Assembly (NCBI GenBank): GCA_045627785.1
Contig: JAZQOF010000004.1
Span: forward strand, 53,948-117,947
DNA length: 64,000 bases
Source: Bacteroidales bacterium
GTDB lineage: Bacteria > Bacteroidota > Bacteroidia > Bacteroidales > UBA3663
Direction of reading: 5' to 3'
Below, one piece after another: positions 53,288 to 61,907 of this stretch. The translations under genes and the position numbers were made by a program. How positions within the stretch are numbered: the first letter of the stretch is position 1; the number at the start of each line of letters is the position of its first letter. The notes beneath the pieces are model-generated. The model ran no database searches. It saw only the letters and a list, made by a program, of their open reading frames with translations, and was not told where the DNA came from.

Positions 53288-54040
53288 TTAATGATTTTCT
53301 ATATTGTTTTCTTCTCCTTTTTGATACGATAGAACTGTTTCTAAGTATCTAATTTGGTCCGCAAAGTAAGTATATTTTTTTGAATATTTCAAATTTAAAG
53401 ACGAAAAAATAGCGATTGCCTGTTCATATTTATGCTGTTTGACATATATCTTGGCCAAACTCTCACTCAAAAATGCCTTTTCTCGTATCTTTTTAAGTGC
53501 TAAAACGTCATCTTCTTCGTAGTCAGAATCATCAGAAAGGATTGCTTTTGGAACAAAAAGTTCGCCATTCTCTTCTGCTTGGATGAAGCTGTCAATGATG
53601 CTTTGCTGGTCGTCTTCTTCGTCAGTATTTGTATCTTCTAAATCATCGAGGTTATACGATGAAACTGGCATCGAATTGATATCATAAGGCAGACTATCAG
53701 AAGGCGTTTCTCCGAGATTGTCCAGATACATATCAATAAGAGCAAAGTCATCATTGATTTCATTTGTCTCTTTTTGCCTGTTTCCTTCGATTTCGTTTAG
53801 AAGAGTTATCCATTCAAATTCTCCATGACTTACGAGCTGACATAACTTTAATCTGTCTGGCATAGCTACAGCTGCCCGTTGCAACTGATCTTTGAATTTT
53901 ACAGAATGGACATTTGCTAAGGCAATTGTGTACAATAGATGTAATGATTGACAATAAGGATATTTGTCGATCATTTCCTGCAAGACATCCGCGTCTTTGG
54001 AATCCAGTTTGTCTATTTTACCAATTAGCGACTGTAGCAT
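53288..54040 (-). CDS. Hypothetical protein (acidic central region, TPR-like C-terminus)
   Basis: 250-aa ORF packed between the LptE-like gene and secG. No family recognised. Confidence 0.5.
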   Translation of the reverse strand: MLQSLIGKIDKLDSKDADVLQEMIDKYPYCQSLHLLYTIALANVHSVKFKDQLQRAAVAMPDRLKLCQLVSHGEFEWITLLNEIEGNRQKETNEINDDFALIDMYLDNLGETPSDSLPYDINSMPVSSYNLDDLEDTNTDEEDDQQSIIDSFIQAEENGELFVPKAILSDDSDYEEDDVLALKKIREKAFLSESLAKIYVKQHKYEQAIAIFSSLNLKYSKKYTYFADQIRYLETVLSYQKGEENNIENH

Positions 54041-54533
54041 TGAAGATCTGTTCTACTAATTCCTTAACCATTTCTTCGCATAAACCATCCTGGACATCTG
54101 TCAAAAGGAGTGTAGCGTCAAAGTCACGATATGCCGAGAAGTCTTTTTCGAAATTCTCAGTAGAGTTATGTTTATTTACGAATTTTACTTTAACTTTGAT
54201 TGTAAGTCGTGTCTGTGCAGCATAAGCATCTGCTTTTACGGCTTGTGGAGTCAATGAATATCCGGTAATGGCACCGCTTAATTGCAAGTCACCATCGCTT
54301 CTAACCTGTTCAAGTTTGGTTTGGTTTGCATACTTGGCAGTCAACTCGTCGTTGAAATTAACGGCCAACGGAGCATATACCAAAGGTGCTTTGATAGGGA
54401 AGGTTTCAAAACTTATTGTTTTGGTCAATGCATAGTCAATAGATGCTCCATTCAGTTTGTAGCTTATGAGGCAAGATGTAACTAAATGCGCAAAAAGTAA
54501 AAAAACGCAGATTCTGATTATGTTTCTATGCAT
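54018..54533 (-). CDS. LptE-like LPS-assembly lipoprotein (tentative)
   Basis: Lipobox LVTSC, ~170-aa size, and position between the sigma-54 activator gene and secG, as I recall for Bacteroidota LptE. Confidence 0.5.
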   Translation of the reverse strand: MHRNIIRICVFLLFAHLVTSCLISYKLNGASIDYALTKTISFETFPIKAPLVYAPLAVNFNDELTAKYANQTKLEQVRSDGDLQLSGAITGYSLTPQAVKADAYAAQTRLTIKVKVKFVNKHNSTENFEKDFSAYRDFDATLLLTDVQDGLCEEMVKELVEQIFNATVANW

Positions 54534-54539
54534 TGTCGT

Positions 54540-55712
54540 TTACAATAAATTATAGTCCTGGATCTTTCTGTGAATTGTTCTTTCTGAGATTCCTAACTCT
54601 TCCGCTGCCTTGCGTTTGTTGCCGGCATTTCTGTCAAGGGCACTCTTGATAGCTTCTCTTTCCATCGACTCAAGTGTCTGAGTCTTGCTTACTACAGCTG
54701 GAACCTCTTCGCCTTCCATTTCAATTACTTCTTCCTTTGCAGCAGGTAAGGCATGATTAGCAAAAGTCTCGTGCTGTGGTTCTGTCTGCAATCCAAGATG
54801 CTTTCTCACATCCTCCAATTGATTCTTCATATTGAAGACAAGCTTGTAAAGCATTTCTTTTTCTCCAGGAGCAAAGCTTCCGCCTGCAGTATTGCTTTCT
54901 TCGTGAATTGATACGCCTGAATCGAATACCGGAAGGTATCTTGAAAGTATTTCTGGTGTAACTAATCTTTCTGTCTCAACAATGGAAATATTCTCAACGA
55001 CATGAAGCAGTTGTCTCACATTTCCTGGCCAAGTATAAGCAGAAAGCTTAATGCGAGCCTCCGGAGTAAGTTGTATTGCCGGCATTTTATATTTGTCAGC
55101 AATATCACCCGAGAATTTATTGAAAAGTAAATTGATATCTTCCTGTCGTTCGCGAAGAGAAGGTACATTGATGGTGATAGTGCTGAGACGATAGAAGAGA
55201 TCTTCGCGGAATGTTCCCTTCGAGATGGCTTTCTGTAGGTCGACATTCGTTGCAGCAACAATTCTGACATCCGTCTTTCTGACTTCGCCAGATCCCATTC
55301 TGTAATATTCACCTGTTTCGATTACTCTCAGGAGTCGAGCTTGTGTGGCAAGAGGAAGTTCTCCGATTTCATCAAGGAAGATTGTTCCTCCGTCGGCTTC
55401 TTCAAAGTAACCTTTTCTGTCGTTCAATGCTCCAGTAAATGCACCTTTGATATGTCCGAACAATTCGCTGTCAATAGTTCCTTCAGGCAATCCTCCACAG
55501 TTCACAGCAATGCATTTCTTTGATCTGCGTGGACTGTTATTGTGGATTATCTTGTGGAATACTTCCTTACCTGATCCGTTTTCACCACAAACCAATACAT
55601 TTACATCAAACGGCGCAGCTTGTACTGCAACGTTTACTGCATGTAAAAGGAGTGGACTTCTGCCCACTATCTGATAGCTTTGTAGTATTGATTCTATGTT
55701 GATTTTTGCCAT
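54540..55712 (-). CDS. Sigma-54-dependent transcriptional activator consisting only of an AAA+ domain and a Fis-type HTH (no receiver or sensor domain)
   Basis: Walker A GENGSGKE, the GAFTGA sigma-54 contact loop, Walker B FLDEIGEL and a C-terminal HTH (NKRKAAEELGISERTIHRKI). Confidence 0.85.
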   Translation of the reverse strand: MAKINIESILQSYQIVGRSPLLLHAVNVAVQAAPFDVNVLVCGENGSGKEVFHKIIHNNSPRRSKKCIAVNCGGLPEGTIDSELFGHIKGAFTGALNDRKGYFEEADGGTIFLDEIGELPLATQARLLRVIETGEYYRMGSGEVRKTDVRIVAATNVDLQKAISKGTFREDLFYRLSTITINVPSLRERQEDINLLFNKFSGDIADKYKMPAIQLTPEARIKLSAYTWPGNVRQLLHVVENISIVETERLVTPEILSRYLPVFDSGVSIHEESNTAGGSFAPGEKEMLYKLVFNMKNQLEDVRKHLGLQTEPQHETFANHALPAAKEEVIEMEGEEVPAVVSKTQTLESMEREAIKSALDRNAGNKRKAAEELGISERTIHRKIQDYNLL

Positions 55713-55791
55713 AATTGATGCAAAGATACTTTATTTTTCAGTTATTTGTTCAAAATACACTCTAAAAATTCAGTAGAATAAGATATTTTTA

Positions 55792-55799
55792 TATCTTTG
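55792..55799 (+). promoter_or_regulatory. -7 promoter box TATCTTTG upstream of the kinase-RapZ fusion gene
   Basis: Exact TAnnTTTG match 16 nt upstream of the ATG at 55816. Confidence 0.45.
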
Positions 55800-55815
55800 A
55801 GGAAAAATATAGAAT

Positions 55816-57234
55816 ATGGTTCAGCTATATAACGATACTTTTGGTAAATCTCCAGCATACATAAATAAGCTTTCCGGTTCTGGTTCAAACAGGGTTTATT
55901 ATCGCCTGACTGATGAGAATGAGAATTCAGTGATTGGAGTGAAAGGAGAGAGCCTCAAGGAGAATCTGGCATTCCTTTCTTTGGCAGATCAGATGTACTC
56001 AAAAGGCATCTCTGTTCCAAAAGTTATTGCTGTTTCAGCCGATAAAATGTCTTACCTTCAAGTGGATCTTGGAAGTGTCTCACTTTATGATCTTATTGAA
56101 AAAGGCAGAAAAGAAAATAGTCTTTGGGATGACAATATCATTTCCATCCTGAAACAGATTATGGTCGATCTTCCCAAAATCCAGTTCGAAACTGCAGAAG
56201 GTTATGATTTCAGCAAGTCTGTTAGGGAAGAAGAGTTTTGTGAGAATTCTATAAACTGGGATTTGAACTATTTCAAGTATTGTTTCTTGAAACTCACTAA
56301 AATCCCATTCGACGAAATGAAGCTCGAAGTGGAGTTCGAGAGCATTAAGAAAACTCTCTTATCTTCTTATAAAGAGACAAATACCAAGTCTTTCCTGTAT
56401 AGAGATTTCCAGAGTCGCAATGTGATGGTTAAAGATCAGAAACCATACTACATAGATTTTCAGGGCGGATTTGCAGGACCTTTCTATTATGATGTTGCTT
56501 CCTTTCTTTGGCAGACAAGAGCTGCATATCCGGAAGATCTCAGAAATGAATTGATAAAGATTTATTATGCATCTCTTCAGAAGTATTATGCCATTTCCTT
56601 TGAGGCATTTTCTTCAAATCTTCAGCAGTTTGTTATCTTCCGTCTGCTTCAGGTTCTTGGCGCTTATGGATATCGAGGATTATTTGAGCATAAGGTTGCT
56701 TTCATAACACCAATTTGTCAGACATTAAAGAGCCTATTGGAATACAATCAGTATCCTTATATCCGTTCTTTGATTGAAGAAATTGCCAAGCTTCCTCAAT
56801 TCCAGGAACAACCGGCAAAAGGACAACTTGTAGTACGAGTTACAAGTTTCAGTTTCAAGAAAGGAATTCCAGAAGACTATTCTGGTAATGGAGGTGGATT
56901 TGTGTTTGATTGTCGTGCTCCTCATAATCCAGGCCGTTATCCTGAATATAAGAAGATTACAGCTCTTGAGAAACCTGTTATTGATTTCCTGGAGTCAAAT
57001 GATGAAATGCCAAGATTCATGCAACATGTCTATGGTTTAGTTGATCCTGCCGTTGAGACATATCTTCGTCGCGAATTTACTTCGCTCATGGTCAATTTCG
57101 GATGTACAGGAGGTCAGCATCGTTCGGTTTATGCAGCACAGCATCTTGCAGATCATCTTGCTGAAAAATATCCGGATGCAAAAATTATTCTGACTCATCG
57201 TGAACAGAATATCTATAAAGAATATAACTCTTAA
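55816..57234 (+). CDS. Fusion protein: APH-fold (AmgK-like) sugar kinase domain plus a RapZ-type C-terminal domain
   Basis: The N-terminal ~330 aa has the catalytic loop LYRDFQSRNVMV and a DFQG Mg-binding motif. The C-terminal ~140 aa carries RVTSFSFKKGIPED, FVFDCRAPHNPGRY and GCTGGQHRSVYAAQHLADHL, which resemble the RapZ/YvcJ C-terminal domain. Confidence 0.7.
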   Translation: MVQLYNDTFGKSPAYINKLSGSGSNRVYYRLTDENENSVIGVKGESLKENLAFLSLADQMYSKGISVPKVIAVSADKMSYLQVDLGSVSLYDLIEKGRKENSLWDDNIISILKQIMVDLPKIQFETAEGYDFSKSVREEEFCENSINWDLNYFKYCFLKLTKIPFDEMKLEVEFESIKKTLLSSYKETNTKSFLYRDFQSRNVMVKDQKPYYIDFQGGFAGPFYYDVASFLWQTRAAYPEDLRNELIKIYYASLQKYYAISFEAFSSNLQQFVIFRLLQVLGAYGYRGLFEHKVAFITPICQTLKSLLEYNQYPYIRSLIEEIAKLPQFQEQPAKGQLVVRVTSFSFKKGIPEDYSGNGGGFVFDCRAPHNPGRYPEYKKITALEKPVIDFLESNDEMPRFMQHVYGLVDPAVETYLRREFTSLMVNFGCTGGQHRSVYAAQHLADHLAEKYPDAKIILTHREQNIYKEYNS

Positions 57235-57245
57235 ACAAATATTAT

Positions 57246-58271
57246 ATGATCCAGTTTCAATGTGATTATAATGAAGGCTGTCATCCAAAGATTTTGGAGC
57301 GCCTTATGGAAACCAACTTTGAACAAACTGTAGGCTATGGAAATGATCAGCATTGTGCAAATGCCCGAAAGCTGATCCGTGAGATTTGTGAAGCTCCAAA
57401 TGCTGATGTTCATTTCCTTGTTGGTGGAACCCAGACAAATGCAACAATTATCTCTTCAATCCTTAAGCCTTATCAATGTGTGATTTGTGCCGATACTGGA
57501 CATATCAATGTTCATGAAACAGGCGCAATCGAACATGGAGGACATAAATGTTTTGCTCTTCCAGGAAAAGATGGTTTGATCACAGCAAGTCAGATTGAAA
57601 AAGTCCTTAAGACACATTTTGAAGATGACGAACCGGAACATTGTGTTCAGCCAGGTCTTGTTTATATATCGTTCTCAAGCGAATATGGCACAATTTACTC
57701 GAGCACAGAGTTGCAATTGATTAGTGAGGTATGTCATAGCTATGGTATTCCTTTGATGATCGATGGAGCAAGAATGGGTTATGCTCTTATGAGCGAAGAA
57801 TGTGATATTACACTTCCTGAACTTGCTCAGCTCGCAGATGTTTTCTATCTTGGAGGAACAAAGCAAGGTGCTCTCTTTGGTGAAGCTGTTGTAATAATGA
57901 ACGATAATCTTAAGAAAGATTTCCGATACAATATCAAGCAAGGTGGAGGAATGCTTGCAAAAGGTAGATTGCTTGGAATACAATTCGAAACTCTCTTCAC
58001 CGATAATCTTTATTTCGACATTGCTCGTCATGCTGATCACGAAGCAATGCGAATCAAGAAAGCTCTTCAGGAAAATGGTTATCCATTCTTGATTGAAAGT
58101 CCAACCAATCAGCAGTTCCCAATTCTTCCAAATGATTTGATAGAAGAATTAAGTAAGGATTTCCTTTTCTCAGCGTGGGAGAAAGTTGATGAAGATCATA
58201 CTTGCATTCGAATCTGTACGTCGTGGGCAACAAAACCGGAGAACGTCGATAAACTCATTGCAATGTTATAA
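57246..58271 (+). CDS. Threonine aldolase-family PLP enzyme (beta-eliminating lyase fold)
   Basis: 341 aa. The blocks GNDQHC...R, VGGTQTNA, DGARM and GGTKQG (PLP Lys) are typical of low-specificity threonine aldolases. Confidence 0.7.
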   Translation: MIQFQCDYNEGCHPKILERLMETNFEQTVGYGNDQHCANARKLIREICEAPNADVHFLVGGTQTNATIISSILKPYQCVICADTGHINVHETGAIEHGGHKCFALPGKDGLITASQIEKVLKTHFEDDEPEHCVQPGLVYISFSSEYGTIYSSTELQLISEVCHSYGIPLMIDGARMGYALMSEECDITLPELAQLADVFYLGGTKQGALFGEAVVIMNDNLKKDFRYNIKQGGGMLAKGRLLGIQFETLFTDNLYFDIARHADHEAMRIKKALQENGYPFLIESPTNQQFPILPNDLIEELSKDFLFSAWEKVDEDHTCIRICTSWATKPENVDKLIAML

Positions 58272-58282
58272 AAGAAAACTAA

Positions 58283-58430
58283 AAAGTCCAATTTCCAAAC
58301 GGAGATTGGACTTTTGACTTTTAAAAAATGTAATTTCCGATTGGAGATTTGATTTCCGACTTCTCGGAAGCCCGATTCCCGAACGGGAATTTGATTTCCG
58401 ACTTTCCCGAAGTCCGATTCCCGATCGGGA
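58283..58430. repeat. Second array of the 42-bp repeat family, in inverted orientation relative to 22561-22728
   Basis: Well-formed units at 58347-58388 and 58389-58430, with a degenerate unit at 58305-58346 and a partial one before it. Positions 58389-58407 are the exact reverse complement of 22703-21. Contains the perfect 18-bp palindrome GATTCCCGATCGGGAATC. Confidence 0.85.
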
Positions 58431-58437
58431 ATCGTAT

Positions 58438-60105
58438 TTACCAGTTCCACCAGCTCTTATAATCGACCTCCGAAAACATTTCAGCTTTTAAATAGTGAGT
58501 ATCGACGTCCTTTCCTAACAGGAACTTATCGACGAATGCTTCAACCTCAGGCTTTTGTTCGTTCGGAAGCATGCAATGCATGTGTCCGCCTTGGATTGAG
58601 AATCCCATGCGATCTTCGATGCCGAATCTCTTCCATACTTCTCTTGCAGCAAGACAAGAAACATAACCTGATTGATCGGCAAGCCATTCATAGTCTGTGT
58701 TGCCAAGTACGAGGAGTGCTCGTGGTGCAATCAAAGCGCATAGCTCATGATGATCGATCGGAAGATATTTCACATTCTCAACTTCGTACTTCTTCATATC
58801 TTCGATGAACCAAGAGTAGTTTGTTCGTCCCAAAGTCTCAACATTGCCAAGTGTCTCTGAAACTCGCCAAGCGGCAGCGCCACCACCTCCAGGTTCTTGT
58901 GCGATAGTTAATGCGATTCTTTCGTCAAATGCGCCTGACCATAATGCCATCTTTCCGGCAAATGAACATCCTGTGATTGCAAGATGCTTTGTGTCGATGC
59001 GGCATTCTTCTGCACAGATTTCGAGTCCGTCGATCAAACGACTAACACCCCAAGGCCAAGCAGAATATGAACCCATATATTCGAGTTCAGGATAGAGTTT
59101 GTTGATAGGTTCTGTTCCTCTTTTCTGTGTATGACTTGTGACTTGTGTAAAGTCAAATTTGATCATAGCAATATTGCGGGATTCGAAGATATCTGCAGGC
59201 AGACTTCCGCTTCCTCCGAATCCGATTCCAATAACAGCAGGAACTGGTCCATCAACATCTTTTGGATAGGAGATAGGGAAGCGCATTGTTAATGTCTCTT
59301 CCTTCTCTGTTACCTCTACAACAAGAGTATCGACATCCATATGAGCCTTAACCTGAGATCTCTTTACACTTGGTTTTGTGCCAACTTCATAATGCTGGAA
59401 CATTGCAAGAATCTCATTACGGCGTTGTTCCCACTGAGAGAAATCCGCTATTTCCTCGTTTGTGCTTGCTAGCAAAAATGGATTTGGAAGAAGTTCCTGA
59501 GGTTTGCTTTCTTCTAATAAAGGAAAAACTGGAGCAGGAAAATGTGCTCCAGTATTCTCTTTGTTATATACTAAAGGAATCTGTTTCTGATAATTGTAGA
59601 TCTTCGTACGAAGTTCTTCAGTTGTGATGGCTGATTCTATGATAACGCCTTCTGGAGAAACGAGGAAGAAGGTAGGAATCCAATGAAGTTTATAATCTTT
59701 ATAAACAGGATCTTCGCGTGTACTCTTCAGATTACTGATTTGAGTCCAAGGGAAGTTCTCTTTTTCAAGAAGATTAACCCAAGATTCTTTTTTATAATCG
59801 AAAGAAACACTTAAGAACTCAACTTCTTTTTTATCTTCACCTAACTTCCAGTCTTTGATTTCGTTGTACAAATTCTTCAATTCTGGAATTTCACGACGGC
59901 AATCACCACACCATGAAGCCCAGAAATCTATTATGACATATTTGCCTTTGAAGTCAGACAATGAAATCACTTTTCCATCTGGAGTAGAAGCTGTAATTTC
60001 AGGTGCAGCTTCTCCTGGTTTCAGATCAGGAATGTATTTGCTCATATCCTGAGCAAATGTAACTTGTGCTAATAATGCTACAGCTAACAAAAGAATTTTT
60101 CTCAT
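58438..60105 (-). CDS. Secreted fusion protein: TlpA-like thioredoxin domain plus a CE15 (glucuronoyl esterase-like) domain
   Basis: Signal peptide. Thioredoxin block IIDFWASWCGDCRREIPEL (CxxC). C-terminal block ITGCSFAGKMALWSGAFDERIALTIAQEPGGGGAAAWRVSE resembles the CE15 GCSRxG...Q.SG.GG..C.R core. Confidence 0.65.
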   Translation of the reverse strand: MRKILLLAVALLAQVTFAQDMSKYIPDLKPGEAAPEITASTPDGKVISLSDFKGKYVIIDFWASWCGDCRREIPELKNLYNEIKDWKLGEDKKEVEFLSVSFDYKKESWVNLLEKENFPWTQISNLKSTREDPVYKDYKLHWIPTFFLVSPEGVIIESAITTEELRTKIYNYQKQIPLVYNKENTGAHFPAPVFPLLEESKPQELLPNPFLLASTNEEIADFSQWEQRRNEILAMFQHYEVGTKPSVKRSQVKAHMDVDTLVVEVTEKEETLTMRFPISYPKDVDGPVPAVIGIGFGGSGSLPADIFESRNIAMIKFDFTQVTSHTQKRGTEPINKLYPELEYMGSYSAWPWGVSRLIDGLEICAEECRIDTKHLAITGCSFAGKMALWSGAFDERIALTIAQEPGGGGAAAWRVSETLGNVETLGRTNYSWFIEDMKKYEVENVKYLPIDHHELCALIAPRALLVLGNTDYEWLADQSGYVSCLAAREVWKRFGIEDRMGFSIQGGHMHCMLPNEQKPEVEAFVDKFLLGKDVDTHYLKAEMFSEVDYKSWWNW

Positions 60106-60122
60106 ATAGGTATTCTTTAATT

Positions 60123-61895
60123 TTATTTGGCAATGTAAGGTAATAGCATTTGTACATCTTTAGGACCAACAGTATCGGCAAAGCCTTCTGGGATAACTTT
60201 CCAAGTACCGATTGGCTTAGTTGTGATATGCTGATGCTTTGAGATGTATTCCGACATATAATATGTGAAAGTATTCGGCGTTTCAGACAATGTGTGATAT
60301 GCAATGTCTTCCTTTGTCCAATTCAAACCTTTTGTAATGAATCCTCCACCACCGGCAGCCTGATAAGAATTGATTGCAACTGTATAAAGTCTGTTGTAGT
60401 AGAATGGACTTCCGTCGGCCATTGATATAATATTTACTCTTTGGCCCAACGGTTTTGTAATATCAACAACATAGTTAATTCCTCCTGCAGAAGAATAGTT
60501 ATATTGAGGAGTGAGAAGTTCTGGACCCCAACGACCAACTAACATCTTTCCATTGTTATCAAATTTGAATGCAAGCAAATGTCCATGATTATTGTTCATC
60601 GTTGCAAACTGACGATCATAGCCATACTCAAGATAGTTCTTGATGTCGTATCCGTTCATCCACATCTTGTGGATCTGATTGTCATATTTATATAATGTAA
60701 AGAGTGTACGTAATGTGATTGGTCCGACTGGAAGATTGTGGAATGTGGAAAGGGTAGAAGTGAGACTGATTTCTGCACCTGTAATATCCATCTGTACTTG
60801 ATGGATGAAGTCCATTGAATTTGTTTGTTTGTATAAAGAGTTGACCAAGTCGAATTCTTCGTCGAGCACACCAAGACTCTTGTCGAGGAATGCGTTGACC
60901 GTATCAACTGCGTAACCGAAACGATCAAGATATTCCTTATCGAGCTCGATGTCTTTAAGATGAACTATCTTGGTTTCTGTCTGTTTCTCGAGTTTGTTTA
61001 TACTTCTCTTAAGTGAGATGTTGATTCTTCCCAAATCTTTACCATCTGGTCCTGGTTGAAGAATGTAAAGAGTGTCATTGTCTTTAGTTGGAACCTTCAA
61101 TTGATTAACTCGATGGTCATGACCGAGTAAAAGTAAATCGATATCTTGTAAACTTTCTGCAAGATATTTCAAGCCTTCTTGAATAGAGTCGCTCTTTTGA
61201 ATGAACTCGAAGTTTGTCAAACCTGTATGAAGAATACCAACTATATAATCGACATTCTGATTATTCTTGATATTGTGAATCCATTTCTGGGTACTCTCAA
61301 GTAACTCGTCGAATTCCATGTGAGGAATAAGACTCTTCGGAACCTGTTCGTATGTTTCAGGAGTTATAAGACCGAATAGTCCGATCTTGAAACCGTTTAC
61401 ATTGAAGATTTTATAAGATCTGAACATCGAACGGTTCAATCTTGTATCAACAACATTTCCTCCGAGACGAGGCATGACAAGTTCTTTGTCAATCTTTGCC
61501 ATTCCTTCTTCTCCGATTTCCATATCGTGGTTTCCGTAAACGAGAGCATTGTATCTCAAGTAGTTTGAGACATCGCTAACAATATGGTTGGTGTAAGGAC
61601 TTCTGTAATTGTAGAAGTGCATTGCAGGCGTTCCTTGATAGTAGTCTCCACCATCGAAAAGCAATACTTTCTCCTTGCCATATTCTTCTCTCATCTGTTT
61701 AATATATGTAGAAGCATTGGCAAGGCTTGAAGCTGCCGGTCGTTTACGGTTGAAATCGTAAGGTAAAACGCTTCCGTGAACGTCGGTAGTATAAAGAATA
61801 ACTACATCGGTGCTTTCTTCAACCTGTTCTTTTGAACAAGAAGTCGAAACTACACATAGTAGTAGAAAGACAACAATGTAGTTAAATATTCTCAT
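60123..61895 (-). CDS. Bifunctional metallophosphatase / 5'-nucleotidase (UshA-like), lipoprotein
   Basis: Lipobox VSTSCS, calcineurin-like motifs (TTDVHG, DGGDYYQG, GNHD, GHDH) and a C-terminal 5'-nucleotidase substrate-binding domain. Confidence 0.75.
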   Translation of the reverse strand: MRIFNYIVVFLLLCVVSTSCSKEQVEESTDVVILYTTDVHGSVLPYDFNRKRPAASSLANASTYIKQMREEYGKEKVLLFDGGDYYQGTPAMHFYNYRSPYTNHIVSDVSNYLRYNALVYGNHDMEIGEEGMAKIDKELVMPRLGGNVVDTRLNRSMFRSYKIFNVNGFKIGLFGLITPETYEQVPKSLIPHMEFDELLESTQKWIHNIKNNQNVDYIVGILHTGLTNFEFIQKSDSIQEGLKYLAESLQDIDLLLLGHDHRVNQLKVPTKDNDTLYILQPGPDGKDLGRINISLKRSINKLEKQTETKIVHLKDIELDKEYLDRFGYAVDTVNAFLDKSLGVLDEEFDLVNSLYKQTNSMDFIHQVQMDITGAEISLTSTLSTFHNLPVGPITLRTLFTLYKYDNQIHKMWMNGYDIKNYLEYGYDRQFATMNNNHGHLLAFKFDNNGKMLVGRWGPELLTPQYNYSSAGGINYVVDITKPLGQRVNIISMADGSPFYYNRLYTVAINSYQAAGGGGFITKGLNWTKEDIAYHTLSETPNTFTYYMSEYISKHQHITTKPIGTWKVIPEGFADTVGPKDVQMLLPYIAK

Positions 61896-61907
61896 ATTAA
61901 GAGTAAA

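Noticed and set aside
58196-58450. 84-aa minus-strand ORF spanning the second repeat array
   Set aside because: Same artefact as above. It overlaps the 3' end of the threonine aldolase gene and the stop of the CE15-fusion gene, and its sequence is the repeat translated.
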